Shown here: piece after piece, positions 1 to 9,146 of the stretch | Numbering within the stretch: position 1 is the stretch's first letter | How the letters are laid out: each line of letters starts with the position of its first letter | Source: Methanocella sp. | GTDB lineage: Archaea; Thermoproteota; Bathyarchaeia; Bathyarchaeales; Bathycorpusculaceae | Length of the DNA: 64,000 bases | NCBI GenBank assembly: GCA_050261115.1 | Contig: JBLNCY010000031.1 | Span: 1 to 64,000 of the forward strand | Direction: 5' to 3' | The notes under the pieces: model-generated | The model's input: only the letters and a program-made list of their open reading frames with translations | What the model was told of the DNA's origin: nothing | Database searches by the model: none | Position numbers and translations under genes: made by a program

Positions 1-1521
1 GCTGATCGCAAGGCCCTTAATCGAGTTGTCGAGGGGTTTTAGGACAGCTGCATCGTTGGGGCCTGCGTAGTCGCCTTGGAGAGGTTTTAGGAGGGTGTTA
101 CCTTTGACTTCGTGGTCGTAGGTGCGGATGACTGCTTCTTTGCTTGCGATGTTGGGCGCCGCCAATAGCTCCATAAGCGTCAACGTCAAGTGCTCAGGTT
201 CAGGAAACGCTGGCTCTGTTAATTGGACTGTTTCGGTTGTGGCTATCTTTGTGGTTTCGCAGGGGCTGAAAAGAAAATCCATGTCTATGTCTGAGACGAC
301 TTCTCCTTTGTAACTTAGCCTTAGTCGACGTTCTGGTATGAGTTGGCCGATAACGGTGGCGCGAACGTCTTCTTTTTCAAAGATTGCCAAAACTTTCTCT
401 AGATTCTCGGGGGGTACCGTCATGAGCATGCGTTCTTGAGATTCGGAGAGGTAAATCTCCCAAGGCGCAAGTCCCTCGTGCTTGAGCGGAACCTTATCGA
501 GGTCGACTGTTACCCCGCAGTTGAAGCGCTCCGCGGTTTCGCCCACTGCAGAGGATAGACCGCCTCCGCCGATATCAGTTATGCCGCTTCCTAGGCCTTC
601 GTCACGGATTTGAATAACCGCCCGCTTGACTTTTTCCTCCTCGATGGGGTCAGCGATTTGAACAGCTGGGCGACTGATTTCCTCAGATTTCTCCGTTAAC
701 TCGGCAGATGCAAATGTGACGCCGTGAATGCCATCTCGGCCGGTTTTGCCGCCTGAAAGAACAACATAGTCACCGACTTTGCCCCTACGAACATACTTGT
801 TGAGCGGGAGTAGCCCGATACAACCACAGTACACGACAACGTTACCTGTGTAGCTGTCATCAAAGTATATGGCGCCGTTTACGGTTGGGATACCCATGTT
901 GTTTCCATAGGCGCTAATGCCTGCGGTGACGCCCCGATAGATGTATTTGGGATGTTTAACGCCTGCAGGCAGCTTGCTGTAATCATAATCTAGCGGTCCA
1001 AAACCCAATACGTCGGTGCATGCAATGGGATCTGCCCAGACACCAAGAATATCTCGAATGACGCCGCCAACACCGGTTGCTGCTCCACCAAAAGGTTCGA
1101 CCGCAGAGGGGTGATTGTGAGTTTCTACCTTAGCGGCTACGCCGTAGCCTTTGTCGAATTTAACGATGCCAGCGTTATCCTCAAAGACACTAAAGCACCA
1201 GGGGGCATTGATTTCTTTAGTGGCTTTAGCAAGGTAGGTTTTGAATAGGCTGTTGATGGTTTTGCCGTTGTATTCTATTTTGCCCTTGAAGGTTTTGTGG
1301 CAACAGTGCTCGCTCCAGGTTTGACTGATGGTTTGAAGCTCAACATCAGTCGGGTTGCGCTTCTGGTTTCTGAAGTAGGCTTGAATGCCGGCTAATTCCT
1401 CTGCGCTAAAGCCCAGTGCCATCTCACTGTTGATTTCAGATAGCTGAGCCATGGTTGCTTTTGCCATTAGAATTTCTATTACTTGGCTTGTTTTGCGTTG
1501 CTTGATTAGATTAGCGTTCAT
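1..1521 (-). CDS. purL: Phosphoribosylformylglycinamidine synthase subunit PurL (3' end outside window)
   Basis: Not in the ORF track because it runs off the edge. Manual translation from the ATG at 1521 (ATGA overlap with the purS stop) gives MNANLIKQ...QTWSEHCCHKTFK...KVETHNHPSAVEPFGGAATGVGGVIRDILG, which are canonical PurL motifs. Confidence 0.96.
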   Translation of the reverse strand, partial: MNANLIKQRKTSQVIEILMAKATMAQLSEINSEMALGFSAEELAGIQAYFRNQKRNPTDVELQTISQTWSEHCCHKTFKGKIEYNGKTINSLFKTYLAKATKEINAPWCFSVFEDNAGIVKFDKGYGVAAKVETHNHPSAVEPFGGAATGVGGVIRDILGVWADPIACTDVLGFGPLDYDYSKLPAGVKHPKYIYRGVTAGISAYGNNMGIPTVNGAIYFDDSYTGNVVVYCGCIGLLPLNKYVRRGKVGDYVVLSGGKTGRDGIHGVTFASAELTEKSEEISRPAVQIADPIEEEKVKRAVIQIRDEGLGSGITDIGGGGLSSAVGETAERFNCGVTVDLDKVPLKHEGLAPWEIYLSESQERMLMTVPPENLEKVLAIFEKEDVRATVIGQLIPERRLRLSYKGEVVSDIDMDFLFSPCETTKIATTETVQLTEPAFPEPEHLTLTLMELLAAPNIASKEAVIRTYDHEVKGNTLLKPLQGDYAGPNDAAVLKPLDNSIKGLAIS

Positions 1522-1769
1522 TTTAGTTCAACAATACTGATTGTGTAGTTGTCTTTTGTGGGGTTTGCAAGTAGGCGTTTACTCATTTCCTGAGCCTTGG
1601 ATTCCGCCTCTTCGATGGATGCAGCTTCTAGGAATACGGTGTAGACTTTGCTGACTTCAACAGCTGCAACATTAAAACCCAATTCTACAAGTGATCGTGC
1701 GGTGGTTTCGCCTTCCGGATTACTGTGGCCGGGTTTGAGGCTTATTTCGATTTTAGCGGCGTATTTCAT
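1518..1769 (-). CDS. purS: Phosphoribosylformylglycinamidine synthase subunit PurS
   Basis: 83 aa with LKPG..NPEG and LLANP motifs; directly upstream of purL. Confidence 0.95.
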   Translation of the reverse strand: MKYAAKIEISLKPGHSNPEGETTARSLVELGFNVAAVEVSKVYTVFLEAASIEEAESKAQEMSKRLLANPTKDNYTISIVELK

Positions 1770-1827
1770 AGTTCTTTAAACTAAGCTATCGAGATTTAAA
1801 CACTTTCATCAAAAAACATGCAAAAGC

Positions 1828-2910
1828 CTACGACAAAATCATGTGTTTACCTTGGTACTCTATTTCGACAACGCGGGGTTTGTCTGTGACTTTGCCGATG
1901 CGTTCAGGGCGATAGCCTGCTTGCTCAAGGGCATTCATGGCTTTGTCTATTTCAGTTTTATCGACGATTATCCCCATGCCCCAGCCCATGTTAAATGTTC
2001 TAAACATTTCCTCGTCAGCAACTCTTAGGCCGAGTTCTGCGGCTGTTTTCTGGATTAAGCCAAAGATAGGCTGAGGATGGAAATTAGTAAATTTGAAGCC
2101 GATCCCTGGTGAGGCAACATTTAGGTTGTTAAATTTCGTGTAGGCATCCCCGGTTATGTGCACGGCACCTTTGATTTTAACTTCGTGAGCTAACGCAAGG
2201 AGGGGTTTAACATAGATTTCTGTGGGTTCAAGCGCTTCTAAGCCAACTTCGCGGTCCAAGCCATCTGGGATATCAGTGGATTCGAATTTGCCGCCCCATT
2301 TTTTGAAAAGAATTTTACGAACCATTGTTATACCGTTGCTATGTACGCCGCTGGATGGCAACCCAATGATAGGGTCATCGGGTTTGATGTTTTGGCCGGT
2401 AATGATGTCTTTGCGTTCGACTTTACCTATGCATGAAACAACCATGTCAAAGCCCGAGTTGGGACTGAGGCCTTTTATGATTTCTGCTACGTCGCCAGTC
2501 TCGCCGTTAACCACAGGGCACATTGATTCCTCTGCGCCATCGATTATGCCCTTAAGCCAGGCGTTAACCAACTTAGGGTTGCTGGCTACAGCGTGAATGT
2601 TATCGGCAAGCGCCAATGGCTTAGCGCCGCTCCGTATAACATCGTTCACCACCATGGCTACAGCGTCGATGCCTATGGTGTCATGTTTGTCCATTAATTC
2701 GGCGATTAAGACTTTAGTGCCCACACCTTCGATTTCGAGATCCAAAAATGTGTCGTTGCCGATTGGGAAGATGTTGCTGTAGGGTAAGTGCATGATTCCG
2801 CCAAAGCCGATGTGCCGGTAGGTTTCTGTGAGGGTTGTGAGTGCTTTTTTGGATTCGTGACGTTGTTCTCGGTTGACGCCTGCGTCGGTGTAGGTGTAAT
2901 TTTTGGACAT
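1828..2910 (-). CDS. purM: AIR synthetase (phosphoribosylformylglycinamidine cyclo-ligase)
   Basis: YTDAGVN, EGVGTK, IDAVAMVVND, SSGVHSNG, HITG, FRTFNMG motifs. Confidence 0.95.
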   Translation of the reverse strand: MSKNYTYTDAGVNREQRHESKKALTTLTETYRHIGFGGIMHLPYSNIFPIGNDTFLDLEIEGVGTKVLIAELMDKHDTIGIDAVAMVVNDVIRSGAKPLALADNIHAVASNPKLVNAWLKGIIDGAEESMCPVVNGETGDVAEIIKGLSPNSGFDMVVSCIGKVERKDIITGQNIKPDDPIIGLPSSGVHSNGITMVRKILFKKWGGKFESTDIPDGLDREVGLEALEPTEIYVKPLLALAHEVKIKGAVHITGDAYTKFNNLNVASPGIGFKFTNFHPQPIFGLIQKTAAELGLRVADEEMFRTFNMGWGMGIIVDKTEIDKAMNALEQAGYRPERIGKVTDKPRVVEIEYQGKHMILS

Positions 2911-2973
2911 GCTCTTTCGCCTGTACGCTTATGTTGTGGGTTCTGTCCTTTAATGGTTACGTTTAACAAAAAG

Positions 2974-3882
2974 CTATAGAGGTAGCTCGTTTGCGGTGGG
3001 CAGTCCGTCGCGTGCACCCATCTTCATAACGCATCTGGAACCAACAAAGTTACCTAATCTGCCACATTCTTCTAAGGGGCGGTTTTGGATTAAGCTGTAA
3101 AGGAAACCTGCATCGAAAGCGTCACCAGCTCCAGTGGTGTCAACTACGTTAACTTTGTAGGGCGGGATTGTTTTTTTCTCTTCGCCGTTGGTAACGTAGC
3201 AGCCTTTATCACCCATTTTGACCGCGACGATTTTAACGCCCATATCGATTAGTTTTTGGGCACCTTTAGGTATGCTTGTTTCGCCAGTTAAGAGCTCGAG
3301 CTCTATTGCGTTTGGCATCATAACAAACGAATTCTGAACTATAGGCTCGATCGCGGAAAGCCCCTTCTGTGCGTACAGGGAGCCAGGGTCAAAACTAATT
3401 TTAACTGAATCAGGCAAGAAACTCATTAACTTCTTCTGTGCCCGAAAAGACTTCTCTCCTACAAACGATGACAAATGCAGAAACTGAGTATCAGTTATGT
3501 AGGGTGCGCTAAGTTCTCTGAATTCAATGCTATCGTTGACGCCGGGGCTAATGTAGAGTGCACGCTGACCTTTCTTGTCAACAAAACCCAGGCAGACTCC
3601 GCTTTTGCCCTTGGCTGAATGGATGATGCCGTCTGTGTTGACACCTTCTTTTTTGAAGCATTCAATTTGGAGTTGACCTTCATGGTCGTCTGCGATTTTG
3701 CCGACAAACCCCACTTTGCAGCCCAACCGCGCTAAACCGACCGTAGTGTTGGCTGCTGAGCCACCGCAGGCTTCAGCGATTTCACGCACAAAACTCTCTT
3801 CCTCGGCGCTTGCTATCTTGTCGACCTTTAGCAATGTGTCGACGTTGAGTGCTCCAAAGCCTATTACGTCAAATTTGGTCAT
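2974..3882 (-). CDS. PfkB/ribokinase-family kinase (EhaT-like); candidate nucleoside kinase inside the pur operon
   Basis: GGSAANT and DTTGAGDAF PfkB signatures; ATGA overlap with the upstream Ftr-like gene. Confidence 0.9.
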   Translation of the reverse strand: MTKFDVIGFGALNVDTLLKVDKIASAEEESFVREIAEACGGSAANTTVGLARLGCKVGFVGKIADDHEGQLQIECFKKEGVNTDGIIHSAKGKSGVCLGFVDKKGQRALYISPGVNDSIEFRELSAPYITDTQFLHLSSFVGEKSFRAQKKLMSFLPDSVKISFDPGSLYAQKGLSAIEPIVQNSFVMMPNAIELELLTGETSIPKGAQKLIDMGVKIVAVKMGDKGCYVTNGEEKKTIPPYKVNVVDTTGAGDAFDAGFLYSLIQNRPLEECGRLGNFVGSRCVMKMGARDGLPTANELPL

Positions 3883-4790
3883 TGGAATATCTCGCTGAAG
3901 GGGATTTTGTATTGGCCAAGTTTGCCTTCATAATTGCCGGCTGAGATGCGAACCACGCCTTCGATATCTTGAGTTGCTTCGATGCCTGCCTTAGTAGCTG
4001 CTTTAATAGCATCGACTGAGACGGCATCGTAAACTACTTCGGCTATGTATCCTACGCCGTTGGGAACTTTGGATTCCTTGCCGAGTTTGGCTTTGAGGCT
4101 GGGGCAGTAGTAGTGGTTGGTTGTGGGGCCGATTTGTGGATAGTGTGTTTCAGGTTTAGAGCCCGCTGAGCATATGTCAAAGGTGGTTACGACGCCATCT
4201 ATGTGATGAATTGCGTCAAGGGCTGCTTTGCCGGCTTGTTTCATGGCTTCTTTGGTTGTGCACATAAGCCAAAAGTTGCCGCCCGCAACACCCCTAGCAT
4301 AGCCGATATAGCGCTCTATTACAAAGTCAGGAACCATCAAAGGCACCACGATGACTTCGCGGCCATAGCGGTTCTCCACCCATTCATAGCCGTCGCCGCA
4401 GTGACCGACACGCTCCATCATGTCCATTTTGCCCTCAGCGTTAGGAAGAGCATCATAGACTGCGGTGAAAGGTTTGACGAGGATGTCTTGGCGGATGCGG
4501 TAACTGAGTTCCTTCTCAAACTTTGCGAGGCAATCCTCGAAACTCTTTTTGGGGTTGAGTTCGCCCCAGAATTGCAATATCGCGCCGACTCTGTGGTCGG
4601 GGGTTTGGTCTTCGTTCAGGTAGCGTTCGACGCCGCCTTCGGTTCGTCCGATGACAACTGAGGGGGTGGCGGTTGAATCTGACGCTGCCTTGCAGAGGGT
4701 TTCTATGTCATCTGCAGTTACGATAACCCGGCAGTACAAGCCGGCGAATCCTTCTATGAAAGTATCCATATCGATTTTTTTGTTCACCAT
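3879..4790 (-). CDS. Formylmethanofuran:H4MPT formyltransferase-like paralog (Ftr-II/EhaS type)
   Basis: Ftr fold motifs DTF.E.F, TPD.R.G, GDGY, GVAGGNF, TNH.YCP, ISAGNYEGKLG. Divergent motifs RIRQDILVKPFT, HCGDG and ICSAGSKPET replace canonical RIGQCV, FFGDG and GGIV.S.SKVG. Confidence 0.88.
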   Translation of the reverse strand: MVNKKIDMDTFIEGFAGLYCRVIVTADDIETLCKAASDSTATPSVVIGRTEGGVERYLNEDQTPDHRVGAILQFWGELNPKKSFEDCLAKFEKELSYRIRQDILVKPFTAVYDALPNAEGKMDMMERVGHCGDGYEWVENRYGREVIVVPLMVPDFVIERYIGYARGVAGGNFWLMCTTKEAMKQAGKAALDAIHHIDGVVTTFDICSAGSKPETHYPQIGPTTNHYYCPSLKAKLGKESKVPNGVGYIAEVVYDAVSVDAIKAATKAGIEATQDIEGVVRISAGNYEGKLGQYKIPFSEIFQ

Positions 4791-4793
4791 TCT

Positions 4794-5885
4794 TTATCCT
4801 AGTCTCCCTATTGCTACTCCTCTAACATTTCTGCGGAACTCACAGCTCTCCCGTACGAGGGCTTCAACGTTTCGCAGGGTAACTATTTCGACTCTTGGAA
4901 GCGCCCCCGGATAGAGTGCATAGAGCTGTCGTAGCAGTGAGGTGTTTACTCCGCTTTGCTCTACTGCAGACTTTACCCAGTATGAGAGCACTTTTAATGT
5001 TTGTTCTTTGCCTAGCCCGCAGAAGCGGTCTGCAATCACTGCGGTCACTAGGTTGCCATCTGCCATAACGGCTACGTCTGCGTTGCGTACAGCATAGCTG
5101 TTGCCATTAAATGAGACGGCTAGGCCGCCGTATTTGCGGACAAGCTTGAAGGCTTCCACATCGGTTATGCTGTCGCCGATGTACATAACATCAGCAATCC
5201 TTACGCCTAGACGGCTTGTGGCGTCTTGGATGGCTTGGGCTTTCTGTTCGCCGCCTATAGTTTTTACTTCGCAGATTAGTTTACCGGCGGTCATTTGGGG
5301 GATTTCTTGCCAAAATATTTGGTCTAACCGCTGGATTATGGCTTGGTCTGACGCTGAGAAGTCAGATAGAGACTTTGCGTCGGGGGGTATTTGGATAAGG
5401 GGCATCTGGGAAATTTCCTGTGCCACCATCTTTAGGCTCTGCTTTTCTTTGTCTGTTATGCTGTAGTTGTCAAGGGTGACTTTTGTGCAGTAAGTGTGGT
5501 CGAAGGGAAAGTCTATGGCTTTGCAGAGCGCTTTGATGTAGTGCTCATAACTGGTGCTTACGATGAAGACTTCACCATAACTCTGTAGGTGAGCCATTAA
5601 TTCGGCGGTTTGGGGTATCAAGAGGATGTTTTTAGCTGAAAACTCCTCCATCAGATTATCGGAAATGTCATATGCCTTGAAGAAGGGTAAAATCAATTTT
5701 AGTGTGCTGCCAGCTTGGTAGCCGGATTTACGGATAACATCAGCCAGTACGTCATCGTATTTGCTTATGTTGCAAAAGAGTTTGTCGCCGTTTGGGATGA
5801 AGGCGGTGCAGAGCTCATAGGCATTGTCGTTTTTTGTTATTGGGCCTTCACAGTCCGTAAATATAAGTCGTTTTATGGGTTGCAC
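4794..5885 (-). CDS. HAD-superfamily predicted phosphatase (EhaR/COG4030-like)
   Basis: Motif I FTDCEGP, motif II VSTSY, motif IV YIGDSITD. Start moved to the GTG at 5885, overlapping the purD end; the track start at 5954 lies deep inside purD. Confidence 0.85.
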   Translation of the reverse strand: MQPIKRLIFTDCEGPITKNDNAYELCTAFIPNGDKLFCNISKYDDVLADVIRKSGYQAGSTLKLILPFFKAYDISDNLMEEFSAKNILLIPQTAELMAHLQSYGEVFIVSTSYEHYIKALCKAIDFPFDHTYCTKVTLDNYSITDKEKQSLKMVAQEISQMPLIQIPPDAKSLSDFSASDQAIIQRLDQIFWQEIPQMTAGKLICEVKTIGGEQKAQAIQDATSRLGVRIADVMYIGDSITDVEAFKLVRKYGGLAVSFNGNSYAVRNADVAVMADGNLVTAVIADRFCGLGKEQTLKVLSYWVKSAVEQSGVNTSLLRQLYALYPGALPRVEIVTLRNVEALVRESCEFRRNVRGVAIGRLG

Positions 5886-7297
5886 CGTAGTTTCTCCATG
5901 TGGCCGATGCTTTTGTTTATGTGCTGTTGGGAGGCGATGTCGGTGCGGTTCCACAGTCCGCCGCCTGTGATGGCTTGGGCGCCTTCTTGGCTGATGAGTC
6001 GTGCTTCCTCGATGCTGTCGCCGATGCCTAGCACACCGATGGCACGGGATTTGAGCGCATAATTTTTGCCGTCGCGGACCTCCATGCTGCCGGGGTAGAT
6101 TCGGATTTTGTCGCCAAACTTTTTCGTTAGTGCTTCGGCTTTGGATAAGTCAACTGCGCCGCCAACTTGGGTTTTGTCGACTCTGTCGGCGTAGACTTGG
6201 CTGTATCCCCCATAGTCGGCTGGAACCTTGTAGGTTAATACAGTGGCGGATTGCTCCATTTCGACGCTTTTGAGGTTGCCGTCTATCATGCCTAGGCATA
6301 TGTCGGTGAAGTCGTCTTTGATTACTGGGAGTAGGTTCATAATTTCGGGGTCGCCGGGGCGACTGTTGATTTCCAGAATCTTTATGCCTTTACCCGTGTG
6401 CATAAACGCCAGGTATAGGGGGACGCCGCGGAGTGCGGTGTCGTCTGGGATTTGTTTTTTCCAGCCGTTGAAAACCCTCTCGGCTAGGGCAAGTTCTGCT
6501 GCGCGGTCGGCGGCTGTTAGGAAGGGTAAGTAATCTTTGGCGTCCTTGTAGGAACCCATGCCGCCCGTGTTTGGGCCCTGGTCGCCGTCGAATGCGCGTT
6601 TATAGTCGCGTGTGTCGGGTAAGGGAATGAAGTGTTTGCCGTCGCAGAAGCCCATGCAGCTGGATTCTTCGCCGGGCACCTTTTCTTCGATTATCACTGA
6701 GCCATATCTAAAGCTGGAGAGGAAATGCTCCCAGAGCTGTTCTCGGGTGGTGAAGTGGTCGCCCCATACGCCGACGCCTTTTCCTAAAGCGGGTTTATCG
6801 GGTTTTACTGCGACTTGGTTGTCTAGTTCGTCTAGCCATCTGTAGAGGGCTGCTTTTGCTTCTGTTTCGGATGGGAATTCCGCTGGGTTGAAGACTTTGA
6901 AGCGCGGGTTAGCCTCGGGGGCTATTTGCTCAAAGAGAAGACGTTGAGCTACTTTGCTTTCCTCGATGGCGTAAGCCTTTTTTGGGCAGACAACTGGGAT
7001 ACCGACTTTAGATTCGATTAAGTCCCGGATGCCTTTGATAATGGGGTTCTCGGAGCCTACTAAAACAAAGTCCAAGTTTGCTTTGTTGGTTTCTGCGAAG
7101 TGGCAGATTTCGTTCACGTCTAAGCTGGGGATGACGGCGTGTTTTGTGGCGTGTTTGGCGTTGTAGGGGTTGCGTTGCTTGTCGGCGATGTAGAGTTGCA
7201 CTTGATAGTTTTGGCTGCGTAGAAGTGTATCTGCCATAGCGACTTCTCTTGCGCCATAAGAAACCAGTAGGACACCTAGTTTATCCATCCAATTCAC
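5873..7297 (-). CDS. purD: Phosphoribosylamine--glycine ligase
   Basis: GARE, E.SK, KPD....GKGV, DYKRAFDGDQGPNTGGMGSY, EINSRPGDPE; start may be the ATG at 7288. Confidence 0.95.
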   Translation of the reverse strand: MNWMDKLGVLLVSYGAREVAMADTLLRSQNYQVQLYIADKQRNPYNAKHATKHAVIPSLDVNEICHFAETNKANLDFVLVGSENPIIKGIRDLIESKVGIPVVCPKKAYAIEESKVAQRLLFEQIAPEANPRFKVFNPAEFPSETEAKAALYRWLDELDNQVAVKPDKPALGKGVGVWGDHFTTREQLWEHFLSSFRYGSVIIEEKVPGEESSCMGFCDGKHFIPLPDTRDYKRAFDGDQGPNTGGMGSYKDAKDYLPFLTAADRAAELALAERVFNGWKKQIPDDTALRGVPLYLAFMHTGKGIKILEINSRPGDPEIMNLLPVIKDDFTDICLGMIDGNLKSVEMEQSATVLTYKVPADYGGYSQVYADRVDKTQVGGAVDLSKAEALTKKFGDKIRIYPGSMEVRDGKNYALKSRAIGVLGIGDSIEEARLISQEGAQAITGGGLWNRTDIASQQHINKSIGHMEKLRCNP

Positions 7298-7338
7298 CGT
7301 ATGTATGCTTAGTGTTTGACGTATTCAGTTAATAGCAA

Positions 7339-8820
7339 TTACGGCTGAATTTCTTCGTTCTCGTAGATTCGGCCCTTTTCCTCATAGCCTTCTTCGAAGC
7401 GTTTTTTCATGGCGTCAGCGATTTTCTGAGCGCAGGGCGTGGGGTACTTGCCGGTTACGCAGGCTAGGCAGAGTTCGTCTTTTGTTTTGCCTGTGGCTTC
7501 TATGAGTGCCTCTATTGATTGGTAGCATACACCGTCGGCGCCGATGATTTGAGCGATTTCCTCGGGTGTGTGGCGTGCACCGACGAGTTGCCCGTAGCTG
7601 GACATGTCGATGCCATAGAAGCATGGGCCGATGATTCGGGGGAACGTGACAAAAACGTAGACTTTTTTGGCGCCGGCTTGCCGCATCTTTTCGATGATAA
7701 CTTTGGTTGTGTCGCCCCGAACGATGCTGTCCTCGGTTATGATGACGCTTTTGCCTTTGATTTTATTGCCTAAGATGTTGATTTTTTTGTCGATGGTTGT
7801 GAATCGTTCTGCGTTTAGCAAAATGAAGGCGCGTTCGGTAACATAGCGGTGGCGTCTTGAGCAGCGTTCCCAGCGTAATCCCGACGCCTCATGCACGCCC
7901 ATGGCGGAGTCGTCGCCTGTTTCAGGGACAGACATGATGATGTCGCATTGATTAACTACATCTGGGTATTCTTTGACGGTGTTTCTGCCGAATTGTTCTC
8001 GGATTTCATAGACGTATTTGCCGTTGAAAATCGAGTCGGGCCTAGCGAAGTAGGCGAATTCAAAGGCGCAGAAAGCTTGTTTGGGGTTTTGGATGACTTG
8101 GATGCGTTTGAATCCGTCTTTTGTGGCGATTGCGAGTTCGCCAGGGTTTAGTTCGAAGTCGCGGACAAAACTGTTCATGTCTAAGCTGACGGTCTCAGAT
8201 GAAAATGCATAGGTTTTGGTGTTGGGGTCATGTCCTGCGCAGAGGGGTTTTATTCCATGCGGGTCTTTGAAAGCAAAAAAGTCGCCGTCTCCGGTTATGC
8301 CGGTTACGCTAAAAGCACCGTCTAGGCTTTCCATGACGGCTTTTGCAGCGGCCACGATGTCCTTGTTTTTTTTGTATGCAAGCAGGAACTTGTGGCAGAC
8401 TAGGTCACTGTCACAGTTGTAAATAAAATTGGCAAAGTTTTGCTGCATCTCTTTTTTGAGGGAAACCGTGTTTACGATGTTGCCGTTGAATGATAGGGCA
8501 ACTTTTACGCCGTCGGCGGATGCAGTGAAGGGTTGAGTGCCTTCGACTATGGAGCGGTCGTCGCATTTACCTGAGGTGGTGTAGCGTACGTTGCCGATGC
8601 CGACATGGCCAGGTAGGCGGTTATCCCAGTCGTTTATCGCGGTACCTTTGACTTTGGGAACAAGGTCTAGGTTTTTGTATGCGTAGAATTCACCGTTGCT
8701 GTAGGTGAGGAAGCCATGTGATTGGTGACCTCGGTGGTTTTGAGCTCTTAGTCCCCAGTAAACATAGGGGAAGACTGGTTGATTATCGTAATTTATTGCT
8801 CCAAATATGCCGCAGCCCGT
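7339..8820 (-). CDS. purF: Amidophosphoribosyltransferase, Fe-S type; apparent ACG start
   Basis: The frame extends 124 codons upstream of the track start to (ACG)GCGIFG...QNHRGHQSHG...GNVRYTTSG...QPF...NGNIVN. PRPP site EDSIVRGDT; four Cys (CAFE, CFYG, CLAC) typical of 4Fe-4S PurF. Confidence 0.95.
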   Translation of the reverse strand, partial: TGCGIFGAINYDNQPVFPYVYWGLRAQNHRGHQSHGFLTYSNGEFYAYKNLDLVPKVKGTAINDWDNRLPGHVGIGNVRYTTSGKCDDRSIVEGTQPFTASADGVKVALSFNGNIVNTVSLKKEMQQNFANFIYNCDSDLVCHKFLLAYKKNKDIVAAAKAVMESLDGAFSVTGITGDGDFFAFKDPHGIKPLCAGHDPNTKTYAFSSETVSLDMNSFVRDFELNPGELAIATKDGFKRIQVIQNPKQAFCAFEFAYFARPDSIFNGKYVYEIREQFGRNTVKEYPDVVNQCDIIMSVPETGDDSAMGVHEASGLRWERCSRRHRYVTERAFILLNAERFTTIDKKINILGNKIKGKSVIITEDSIVRGDTTKVIIEKMRQAGAKKVYVFVTFPRIIGPCFYGIDMSSYGQLVGARHTPEEIAQIIGADGVCYQSIEALIEATGKTKDELCLACVTGKYPTPCAQKIADAMKKRFEEGYEEKGRIYENEEIQP

Positions 8821-8974
8821 GTTTTAGTCCCTTCTAGCCTTGAATGACACAGTAGTGAAGGTTGGGGTTTATCAATTTTTAGTACAAATTTAGCTAAAAT
8901 CAATGATTTTTTTGACAGCAACCAGTTTTAACTTGACCAGAGTTGCGGTAGGTATTTTCTTGGTGCAGAAGGCG

Positions 8975-9044
8975 CTCTCGTGCTCTGCCGACTTACCATC
9001 TCCCTTATATATAGAGTCAACCATGGGTTGAATCTGCACTTGAA
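8975..9044 (+). repeat. Dispersed intergenic element, copy A
   Basis: ctctcgtgctctgccgacttaccatctcccttatatatagagtcaac...; 36/47 identical by hand alignment to the reverse complement of copy B. Confidence 0.75.
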
Positions 9045-9146
9045 AAACCCAAGAACCGCATTGCCAGAGAACGATAAGCCTGCTTATTAGCTAGCGTCTC
9101 AGGGTAATGTTTTTGTGCAATAAGCTGTAGAGTAAGTCTGATTAGC

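Noticed and set aside
3879-4790. Canonical methanogenesis/Wood-Ljungdahl Ftr
   Set aside because: Diagnostic motifs differ from canonical Ftr and the context is purine synthesis; gene symbol withheld
2974-5885. Energy-converting hydrogenase Eha subunits (EhaR/S/T labels)
   Set aside because: No hydrogenase catalytic, membrane or polyferredoxin genes nearby; the genes are soluble enzymes embedded in the pur operon
8975-9044. Repeat element as an origin recognition box (ORB)
   Set aside because: No TCCA..GGAA-type ORB core, no cdc6/orc1 gene nearby, and the copies are scattered
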